NCBI GenBank assembly: GCA_963681965.1
Contig: OY820579.1
Span: 3,456,001-3,520,000 of the forward strand
Direction of reading: 5' to 3'
Origin: a bacterium
GTDB taxonomy: Bacteria; Electryoneota; JAOADG01
DNA length: 64,000 nucleotides
Shown: one piece after another, positions 41,724-49,830 of the stretch
Numbering within the stretch: position 1 is the first letter of the stretch
How the letters are laid out: each line of letters begins with the position of its first letter
Notes under the pieces: model-generated
The model's input: the letters and a program-made list of their open reading frames with translations, nothing else
What the model was told of the DNA's origin: nothing
Databases searched by the model: none
Program-made: the position numbers and the translations under genes

Positions 41724-43024
41724 CCGCAACAAATAAGAAGAAACCGATGCCAAAAGGGAAAGCAGTGAAGAGTAAAGTTGTGAGCAAACCGGTCAAAAAA
41801 GCGGCAACCAAAGTCGTTGCTCGCAAAGCGATCGCGAAACCCGTTGCGAAAAAAGCCAATGCGGTGAAGAAGCCAATCGCGAAGAAAGTCGCTCCGAAGA
41901 AACCGCTCCCGGTGAAGAAAGTCGTAGCGAAAAAGAGTGTTCCCGCCAAAGCGGCGGCAAAAGTTGTCAGGAAACCGGTAAAGCCCATAGCCAAACCGGC
42001 GAAGAAAACCGCAGTAATAAAGAAGAGTGTAGTGAAAAAAGCAGTAAAACCCGCAGTAAAAGCAGTTCGACACCCGGAACCCAAGGGTAAACCGGTAAAG
42101 AAGGCAGTGAAGCCGGCAGCGAAACCGACGAAACTTGCCAAAGCAATCAAGAAAGCTCCGGTCAAGAAAGCACCGGCGAAACCGCTACCCAGTAGTAAAC
42201 GAGCAGTTGTTGCCAAAGCCAAACCGATCAAGAAACCGGTCGTTGCAACCAAGGCAACCAAAGCTGTCGTGAAAAAACCGGTGGCGAAACCCGCACCGAA
42301 ACCAGTCGTAAAACATGCTGCGAAGCCAACCGCAAAACCCGTTGCGAAACACGCTGTTCCGGCAAAACCGATTGTCAAAACCAAACCGGTCGCAGTGGCG
42401 AAACCGACACCAGCACCGGTAAAAAAAGCGGTACCGGAAAAGAAACCTGTTGCAGCAGCTCCGGCAGCAAAACCGATAGAACCGAAAAAAGCTAAAGCAG
42501 TTGCGGTTAAACCCGAACCAGTCGTTCCGGTAAAACCAGTTGCAGCACCAGCGAAACCGGCTCCGAAATTATCGAAGAAAGCGGAAGCGGAAGCCGCCAA
42601 AAATGCCGCGTTGAAGAAACAAGAAATAATTCCACTGGCAGATGGAGAAGCGGAACCGGACGTCGACCTTGACGAACTTGAAGTGATTTCCGATGTACCC
42701 GATGATGAGTTGCTCGCAATCGAACGAGAAGTCGCGACAGCACCAGTAAAATCGCATCGTCACAAACAACCGAAACCGGTGGAGAATGTTCCGGGATCGG
42801 GAATTTTTTGTCGCCGATGCAATCTCGAATTGACGATCAACGAACGTCCGTATATCTGCAAGCAACCGGGTCTCGAAGGATTCTATCACTGGACCTGTTT
42901 CCGCGAACAAGTCCGAGTGCATCAGCGCGATGCTCAAAGTTTGATCGAAGAATCAGCAATCTCAGCCGGGATTGTCTCCGGCGGAACCGAAGGGGGCGAA
43001 GGCTTCCGGGAAGCCGAAGATTGA
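41720..43024 (+). CDS. Histone H1-like Lys/Ala/Pro/Val-rich protein with an acidic segment and putative C-terminal zinc finger
   Basis: ~300 aa of KKAVKPAAKP-type repeats; DVDLDELEVISDVPDDELL; CRRC-x22-HWTC; ATGA overlap with the upstream gene. Confidence 0.8.
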   Translation: MTATNKKKPMPKGKAVKSKVVSKPVKKAATKVVARKAIAKPVAKKANAVKKPIAKKVAPKKPLPVKKVVAKKSVPAKAAAKVVRKPVKPIAKPAKKTAVIKKSVVKKAVKPAVKAVRHPEPKGKPVKKAVKPAAKPTKLAKAIKKAPVKKAPAKPLPSSKRAVVAKAKPIKKPVVATKATKAVVKKPVAKPAPKPVVKHAAKPTAKPVAKHAVPAKPIVKTKPVAVAKPTPAPVKKAVPEKKPVAAAPAAKPIEPKKAKAVAVKPEPVVPVKPVAAPAKPAPKLSKKAEAEAAKNAALKKQEIIPLADGEAEPDVDLDELEVISDVPDDELLAIEREVATAPVKSHRHKQPKPVENVPGSGIFCRRCNLELTINERPYICKQPGLEGFYHWTCFREQVRVHQRDAQSLIEESAISAGIVSGGTEGGEGFREAED

Positions 43025-43868
43025 CAGGTTAGCGTCGGCGTATGCCGCCGTCGATGCCGTCGTTCGCGACCATCGCGAAAATTTCGCGCGTTTCAGTTGG
43101 CTGTTGCCGAAGGATACGCGGCAGGATTTATTTACGCTGTATGCCTATTGCCGCACAGCGGACGATGCCTCCGACGACCCGGGAACACCTGCAGAACGAC
43201 TGAACGCGCTGTCGATCATCGAACAACATCTCTTAAACGCCGTTTCCGGTGGAGACGGCGTTTCATTTTATCCGGCGGTTGCCGAAATGATTCACCGCCG
43301 TCAGTTACCTCAAGAAGAATTTCTGAATCTATTGAATGCATTCCGCTGGGATCAGACGCATACCGATTGGGAATCGCTTGCGGAATTGGAAGCTTACTGT
43401 CGATGGTCGGCAAATCCAGTCGGAAGGCTGGTTCTAGGGATTTTTTATTCGCATGATTTCGCCGTGAAGCATTATAATGCAGCGGATAAAATTTGTACCG
43501 GACTACAACTCGTCAACTTCTGGCAGGATGTAAAACGCGACTTCGACAGCGGTCGAATTTATCTCCCTCGCGATTTACGCGATAAACATGGCGTAGACAA
43601 TGCGACTTTGCAACGATCGAACGCATCGGATGGATACAAAGCATTGCTGAAAGAGCTTTGCGATATCACCGAAACAGTCTTTAACGACGGTCGCGCAGGA
43701 CTTGCATCGCTTCGGGGTATCACTGGATTCACGATCGATTGGTTTGCAACTTGCGGGTTGATATTGATTGAAAATATTCGCGATCTCGATTACGACACAC
43801 TAAGTATACGACCGACCGTATCGAAGCTCGATCGTATTAATGCGGCAATTCATTCGCTCTCACGCTGA
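42972..43868 (+). CDS. hpnC: Hydroxysqualene synthase HpnC (squalene/phytoene synthase family)
   Basis: HRENF...LLP, YAYCRTADDASD, SANPVGRLVL, LQLVNFWQDV; start uncertain (TTG overlapping the upstream gene). Confidence 0.85.
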   Translation: MSPAEPKGAKASGKPKIDRLASAYAAVDAVVRDHRENFARFSWLLPKDTRQDLFTLYAYCRTADDASDDPGTPAERLNALSIIEQHLLNAVSGGDGVSFYPAVAEMIHRRQLPQEEFLNLLNAFRWDQTHTDWESLAELEAYCRWSANPVGRLVLGIFYSHDFAVKHYNAADKICTGLQLVNFWQDVKRDFDSGRIYLPRDLRDKHGVDNATLQRSNASDGYKALLKELCDITETVFNDGRAGLASLRGITGFTIDWFATCGLILIENIRDLDYDTLSIRPTVSKLDRINAAIHSLSR

Positions 43869-43876
43869 GTCGAACT

Positions 43877-44734
43877 GTGTCCAATACTCATCTTCATGAA
43901 TCCTACCAAACCTGTATTGCGATCAGCCGCAGTAGCGGATCGTCGTTCCCGTGGCTGTTCCGGCTGTTGCCGAAGTCGCAGCAGAACGCAATGTATGCGG
44001 TGTACGCATATTGTCGAGTGTTGGACGATACCGTCGACAACGATCGACCGGAAGCGGAGAAGCGAATCGCGTTGGATAATGCATGCGCTCGGCTGCAGAA
44101 TGCTTTGAACGGCGAAGGTGAATCGGAGATCTATCCGGCGGTTGCCGATACGATCGAAAATTATCAATTGCCAATCGCACCATTTCAGGATCTTGCCCGG
44201 GGAATGGCATTCGATTTAGCTTCAGTTTCGATCGCGACCGAATCCGAATTGTTGCAGTACTGCGATTGGGTAGCGGGAACGGTCGGACAGATGATCGTCG
44301 GGGTCTGCCGGGTACCGCATGACATCGGTTATGAGTATGCGATTGCCACCGGACGTGCGATGCAGTTGACGAATATTTTACGCGACATTCGTGCTGATTT
44401 TGACCAGCAACGGGTGTATGTTCCGCGCGAATGGCTGCAACAATACGGTGTATCGGTACCAGATCTCATTGCGCCATCGCGCAACGATTCGTCGGATAAA
44501 TTACTACAACAATTTAGTGAGAAAGCGGTGTGGTGGTACGCCGAAGCGAAGCGACTCCTCCCCGCATCGCATCGAAAAGAACTACTCTTTGCCGAAGCGA
44601 TCAGCGACATTTATCGTTCGCTATTCGATTTGCTGCAACGCGACGGAATTCGCTACAACCGGAAGGTGAGTGTGCCGTTCTTCACGAAGGGTGGAATTCT
44701 ATTGAAATTCGCGATGTCGCGATGGTTTGGATAA
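43877..44734 (+). CDS. hpnD: Presqualene diphosphate synthase HpnD
   Basis: SGSSF, YAYCRVLDDTVD, YCDWVAGTVG, MQLTNILRDI...RVYVP. Confidence 0.85.
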   Translation: MSNTHLHESYQTCIAISRSSGSSFPWLFRLLPKSQQNAMYAVYAYCRVLDDTVDNDRPEAEKRIALDNACARLQNALNGEGESEIYPAVADTIENYQLPIAPFQDLARGMAFDLASVSIATESELLQYCDWVAGTVGQMIVGVCRVPHDIGYEYAIATGRAMQLTNILRDIRADFDQQRVYVPREWLQQYGVSVPDLIAPSRNDSSDKLLQQFSEKAVWWYAEAKRLLPASHRKELLFAEAISDIYRSLFDLLQRDGIRYNRKVSVPFFTKGGILLKFAMSRWFG

Positions 44735-44860
44735 ATCGATTAGCCATCGCACGGACTGAATTCACCGGATGGGAATGAAGGACGTGGCAATCGACAATTT
44801 GCTTGTAAACATACTCCTTCCGCATTATTATAGATGTAATACCCGTCCGGTAGGAGACTC

Positions 44861-47602
44861 ATGACTTTCCGTCATTGTACTCTTGATAAATGCTCACTCG
44901 CCTTCGCGACGACGCTTATCTTCGTCCTTACGATCCTGTTCCCGCAAATTTCCTCTGCCGTGTCGGTGCAATCGACGCGGTTGCCGCATCCCTTTCAATT
45001 CACCGAGAACAAGGGACAGTGGGATTCGGCGGTCGTATACAAATGCGAGGTGCGGCGCGATGGCTTCACGTGGTTCCTTGAGCGCGATGGTGTCACCCTC
45101 GTCACCTCGGTAATCGATTCTTCTTCTTTGGTAGGGGCAACGCCGCCCCCGCTGGGGGTTCGCGAACCGCCCGTATCCGTTAATGATGCACGATTCGATC
45201 CCAATGGTCGTATCCATCATTCCCGTTTAAAATCCCACGCGCTCAAATTTAAATTTGTCGACTCCCGTAGGGGCGAATCGCATTCGCCCCTATCCGATCA
45301 AGATGCACCAACCAATATGGGCGCGTCCGCGCCCACAGGGCGAATGCGATTCGCCCCTACGGATAAATGCACGACACAAAAGGATGTCGGAATAAATTCC
45401 GACCTACGAAAATACGCCTCAGCGAAGTGGATTGATGCACAAGGGGAATTATCGTGGCACAATAATTATTTTCTCGGGAATGATTCCTCGAAGTGGGCAC
45501 CGGATTGCCGCAATTTTACGCGCTTGATGTATCATGATGTCTGGGAAGGAATCGATGTCGAATTTTACGAAAGCAAAGGTCATCTCGAATTCGATTTCGT
45601 TGTACATCCCGGTGCCGATCCGAAACAAATCAAGATGGTGTGCGAAGGATTAGAAGCTCCGCTTTCTTTTGATACTCGGAGGTGGGACTTTAGTCCCGCC
45701 ACATCATTTAATGATTCAGGAATGGCGGGACTAAAGTCCCACCTCCAGAAATTATATCTACCCACCTCCCTCGGCGAACTCCGGATGTCGATTCCGGGAG
45801 CATACCAAACCACTGCGAATGGCACACGCGGAACTGATGTAACGGCACAATTCACACTCGTTTCAGAAAATCTCTTCGCGCTCGATTTGCCAAATGGGTA
45901 CGACCCAACCCAAATGCTGAGGATCGATCCGCTGGTGTATTGTACGTATTTGGGGGGTGGTGGAAACGATTACGGAGATGGCATCGTCGATGATGGAAGC
46001 GGGGGAGTCATCGTTTGTGGTTGCACAAACAGTTTCGATTTTCCAGTCACTGCCGGAGCCATCGATGTTAGCTACAATGGCGCATCGGTAGGTACTGGCG
46101 ACTGTTTCGTCACAAGAGTAGATAGTACATTTTCTCAATTGATTTATAGTACTTTTCTCGGTGGACCGGGTGACGATCGCGCAGAAAGTATTGTCAGTGA
46201 TTCTTTGGGCAATAGTACAATCACCGGATATTCCGGCTCGCAATTCCCTACCACTATTAATGCATATCAAAGGTCATATAATGGGGGAGAGCGAGATTGT
46301 TTTGTCTCGCGATTAAATAGCTCTGGATCGAGATTAGTTTATAGTACCTATATCAGTGGTAATGGCTATGATGATGGACATTCCATTCTGGCTGGTGATA
46401 GTGGAAGTGTATTTATCGGAGGTGGTACCAATAGTCCAAATTTTCCGACGACTGAAGGCGCATATAACACGACCAATTATGGTGGATTTGTCGTTCATTT
46501 AAACAATACCGGTTCTGGTCTGATCTATAGCACTTTTCTCGGGTTTAGTCCGGAATTATGGTCGATAGCATCAGATGGTTCGGGGGGGATACTTGCAACA
46601 GGAAGTGCGATCTCAGGACTATATACAACCCCCAATGCGTTCGATACGACTTATAATGGCGGTGAAACCGATGCATTTGTACTACGCTTGAATTCGACCG
46701 GCTCGCAGTTGCTGTACAGTACTTATCTCGGTGGTTCCGGCGACCGTGAATGGGCAGTTGGGATTACAGGTGATGGAAACGGTAACTGTTTTGTAACAGG
46801 TTCTACTACCAGTCCCAATTTTCCAATTACAGTCGGTGGGTTTGATACAGTCTATAACGGAGGCACCACAGTTATCGGTGATTGTTTTATTTCATATCTC
46901 AACAGCACTGGATCGAATCTTTTATACAGTACTTATCTCGGTGGTTCTGGTGAGGATGCAGGTAGGGGAATCCTGTACTATGCTGATACTAGTGTTACCA
47001 TTGTGGGGGGAACAAAGGGTACTGACTTTCCAACTACAATAGGCGCTTATTCAGAACACCTTAACGGTACAGGAAACTGTTTTGTAACTCATCTTAAAGT
47101 CAATACATCTCGATTAATTTACAGCACGTATTTTGGTGGTACAGGCAGCGATGTCGCTTATGCATGTATGAAACACCATTCTGATGGAATCATTTTTACT
47201 GGTATTTGTGGACCTGGTTTTCCAACGACACCGGAGGTCGGTGACACGAGTTACAATGGTGGTACTGATGGCTTCATCGCGCGTTTGACACTTATTCCTG
47301 ACTCATCAGCCAGTACACCGGAACGATTCATACAACCATCCGGTTTCGCTTTGGCGCAGAATTACCCTAATCCTTTCAACGCTACTACTACCCTCTCCTA
47401 TTCTCTTCCGACCACATCTCACGTCGATCTTCGTATCTACGATCTGACCGGTCGTGAAGTCTCGACACTCATGCAGCGCGAGCAGCATGCCGGCACCTAT
47501 CGCGTGCTGCTCGATGGCTCGCGATTAGCGAGTGGAACGTACTTTGTGCGATTGCAGGCGGGTATGTTTTCGAAGACACAGAAGATCGTGTTGCTAAAAT
47601 AA
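44861..47602 (+). CDS. SBBP repeat secreted protein with a T9SS type A-like C-terminal domain
   Basis: FTENKGQWD, NYFLGNDSSKW, IDPLVYCTYLGG, about seven YST(Y/F)(L/I/F)G blades, QNYPNPFN...SGTYFVRL...KIVLLK; RBS AGGAG. Confidence 0.92.
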   Translation: MTFRHCTLDKCSLAFATTLIFVLTILFPQISSAVSVQSTRLPHPFQFTENKGQWDSAVVYKCEVRRDGFTWFLERDGVTLVTSVIDSSSLVGATPPPLGVREPPVSVNDARFDPNGRIHHSRLKSHALKFKFVDSRRGESHSPLSDQDAPTNMGASAPTGRMRFAPTDKCTTQKDVGINSDLRKYASAKWIDAQGELSWHNNYFLGNDSSKWAPDCRNFTRLMYHDVWEGIDVEFYESKGHLEFDFVVHPGADPKQIKMVCEGLEAPLSFDTRRWDFSPATSFNDSGMAGLKSHLQKLYLPTSLGELRMSIPGAYQTTANGTRGTDVTAQFTLVSENLFALDLPNGYDPTQMLRIDPLVYCTYLGGGGNDYGDGIVDDGSGGVIVCGCTNSFDFPVTAGAIDVSYNGASVGTGDCFVTRVDSTFSQLIYSTFLGGPGDDRAESIVSDSLGNSTITGYSGSQFPTTINAYQRSYNGGERDCFVSRLNSSGSRLVYSTYISGNGYDDGHSILAGDSGSVFIGGGTNSPNFPTTEGAYNTTNYGGFVVHLNNTGSGLIYSTFLGFSPELWSIASDGSGGILATGSAISGLYTTPNAFDTTYNGGETDAFVLRLNSTGSQLLYSTYLGGSGDREWAVGITGDGNGNCFVTGSTTSPNFPITVGGFDTVYNGGTTVIGDCFISYLNSTGSNLLYSTYLGGSGEDAGRGILYYADTSVTIVGGTKGTDFPTTIGAYSEHLNGTGNCFVTHLKVNTSRLIYSTYFGGTGSDVAYACMKHHSDGIIFTGICGPGFPTTPEVGDTSYNGGTDGFIARLTLIPDSSASTPERFIQPSGFALAQNYPNPFNATTTLSYSLPTTSHVDLRIYDLTGREVSTLMQREQHAGTYRVLLDGSRLASGTYFVRLQAGMFSKTQKIVLLK
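45131..45176 (+). repeat. Interrupted GTAG REP inside CDS
   Basis: GTAGGGGC[AACGCCGCCCCCGCTGGG]GGTTCGCGAACCGCCCGTATC; without the 18-nt insert it equals the intergenic copy at 47654 including the GTATC tail. Confidence 0.8.
45266..45407. repeat. REP doublet plus a second-family REP inside CDS
   Basis: CGTAGGGGCGAATCGCATTCGCCC (45266-45289) / GGGCGAATGCGATTCGCCCCTACG (45338-45361), perfectly inverted; inner TGGGCGCG..CGCGCCCA hairpin; then GTCGGAATAAATTCCGACCTAC (45386-45407). Confidence 0.9.
45678..45746. repeat. REP doublet inside CDS
   Basis: GGAGGTGGGACTTTAGTCCCGCCA / TGGCGGGACTAAAGTCCCACCTCC, a perfect 24-bp inverted pair. Confidence 0.9.
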
Positions 47603-47615
47603 TTCATATTGTGAA

Positions 47616-48228
47616 GTAGGGGCGGGCTCCCACGCCCGCCCGCATATTTTTTGGTAGGGGCGGTTCGCGAACCGCCCGTATCGCCTGAAGGTTGCACAAA
47701 TTTTAATTATATGCACGGGATATAACAGCATTATTTTAATTGTGAATCCGATTACGATCGTTTATCTAGATCAGACACGGGCGGTTCGCGAACCGCCCCT
47801 ACCAAAAGATAGATTGCAACATCCGACGCTTCGCGTCGTCCTCGCAACGACATATCAGGAGACAAGATTCAAGAACAGATTGCCACGTCAGGTGCTTCGC
47901 ACCTTCCTCGCAATGACAAATCAGGATACAAGATACAAGACGCAGGCTCGGAGGCCTGCGCCACCAACAGAATAGGGATTGGGTATTGGGTGGTAGGTGT
48001 TGGGAAAGGAGAAATAAACACGGACTGAAGTCCGCCGCTACCACAGATTTCAAGATTCAAGAATAAAAACGCAGGCTGAAGCCTGCGGCTACAAAAGAAA
48101 AAATGAGTAGATTGTGACATGGACCGAATTACGCATTTGCAATGGTAGATCAGGATAATTGATCAAAAAGATGCCGAATCGGAATTCAGCAACAGTGCAA
48201 GATCAAAATGAGTCGGAATTGATCCGAT
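47616..48228. repeat. Intergenic REP cluster F
   Basis: REPs at 47616, 47654, 47779, 47942, 48021 and 48070; two GATTGC...GCAA(C/T)GAC hairpins (47811, 47877); G-rich 7-mer tract at 47975-48010. Confidence 0.9.
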
Positions 48229-48240
48229 ATATGGAATAAA

Positions 48241-49518
48241 ATGAGTAATGACGATTCGACCAAACAGCAGGAAGTGATTATCGTCGGCGGTGGTATCGCC
48301 GGATTGTCATGCGCCGTGGGATTGCTTCAGCGCGGCATCCGCCCGCTGATCATCGAACGTCGCCCCTACCTCGGTGGACGGGCAACCACTCAGCCGCTCG
48401 ATCCACCACTCGATAACAGTCCACATCTCATCACCGGCGCTTATCGACATCTTCTTCAGGTAATGAAACTTGCCGGCGCGCCCATCACGTTTCCGGAAAC
48501 GCCAATGCCGGTAACTTGGTTCGATCAGGCTGGTGTCGAACGGCAACTGGCAACCGGATCGCCACTCAAAACCGCGCGGTCGATCGTCAAAATGTTCGGT
48601 TGGTCTGGAATAAAATCACTCACCCTGATCCAACAAGCGGTATCTCCCAAAACAAACTTCAAAACGGTCGGCGAGTGGCTTTCAGCGAAAGCATTTCCCG
48701 CTCCGATCGCCGGTCTACTGGAATTACTCGTCGTATCGACGATGAATACTCGACCCGACGATGCAGATTTTCAGTTATTTCAAGTTGTTATCCGCGAAAC
48801 ATTGCTCGCTTCTTCCGATGCATCCAGTTTCCAACGGTGTTCTCCATTATCCCGGTTACTGATCAATCCTCTCAGAGATTACATTGAAAGACATGGTGGT
48901 AAGATCCTGTTAGGACAACAAGTTATATCAATCACCCACGGAGAAATCGGTTGGCAAGTTGCTACTCGAACGCAAATTCTACCAACAAATCAGGTCGTTT
49001 TAGCACTTCCCGGACATCAGCGCGCCCAATTTCTAGTGGAACCTGAACAAATTTACTCGCCCATTCTGAATGTCCGGTTCGAAATCACGAAGCATTCCCC
49101 GGAATGGTTTGGTCTATCGAATAACCGCATCGACTGGGTCTTCATCGATCCTCACACGCCAACGGTGCTAGAGGCGGTAACCAGCGCAGCGTCGGAATTG
49201 GCAGCACTTCCGGCGGATGAGATCTTTACTACCGTACAACAAATCGTTGGACGGATCAAACCTGAACTGAAGTTCATCCGACCGTTGGGCATCGTGAAGG
49301 AAATGCGCGCGACACCACTGCAAACTCCCGATTGGCACCGGAACCGGCTAACTCCGGCTACCGGCGAACCGCAACTGTGGCGAGCCGCTGACGATCTGGC
49401 AACTACGTATCCTGCTACCCTCGAATCGGCTGCAAAAGCGGGTCTTTGGGCAGCAAAATGCGTTAGTGGTGATTTGAAAGGCAATTCGGCGGAAAGTAGT
49501 ATCAACCTGCTGGATTAA
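48241..49518 (+). CDS. hpnE: Hydroxysqualene dehydroxylase HpnE-like FAD-dependent oxidoreductase
   Basis: GGGIAGL...ERRPYLGGRA, LDNSPHLITGAY, KEMRAT, YPATLESA; near hpnCD. Confidence 0.8.
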   Translation: MSNDDSTKQQEVIIVGGGIAGLSCAVGLLQRGIRPLIIERRPYLGGRATTQPLDPPLDNSPHLITGAYRHLLQVMKLAGAPITFPETPMPVTWFDQAGVERQLATGSPLKTARSIVKMFGWSGIKSLTLIQQAVSPKTNFKTVGEWLSAKAFPAPIAGLLELLVVSTMNTRPDDADFQLFQVVIRETLLASSDASSFQRCSPLSRLLINPLRDYIERHGGKILLGQQVISITHGEIGWQVATRTQILPTNQVVLALPGHQRAQFLVEPEQIYSPILNVRFEITKHSPEWFGLSNNRIDWVFIDPHTPTVLEAVTSAASELAALPADEIFTTVQQIVGRIKPELKFIRPLGIVKEMRATPLQTPDWHRNRLTPATGEPQLWRAADDLATTYPATLESAAKAGLWAAKCVSGDLKGNSAESSINLLD

Positions 49519-49830
49519 GCCTCAGCAAGGGTATATTCTTTTAATTATCAAGCTTATCACGTATATTACCGACAAATAATCAAGTGTTTGTCACGGTATC
49601 CAAGGTCTTTGCGATTCGATCCCAAGTTTCACAAAGACTTTTCAAATTTGCAGTTGAGAGTTGCTGCCAATCACTCTCAAGGGCACTTTCACAGGTCACA
49701 TGAATTCGACCGGATGCATTGGTTTGACTTGCTCAACCTGAATCTGTTCTTTAGCTTACATTCAAGGTAGTTTTTTCCGATTGATGTGGAATAGTTTTTC
49801 TAGATTTGCATGCTAGGATGGGAGGAAATA

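Noticed and set aside
41713-42600. 295-aa antisense ORF
   Set aside because: Shadow of the K/A/P-repeat gene, whose codons give no stops on the reverse strand.
47742-48120. Short ORFs sharing 'RLPRQVLRTFLAMT' (also 1773..1994), and 30824..31231
   Set aside because: Peptide identity comes from translating the shared 42-bp DNA repeat or REPs; no other coding signal.
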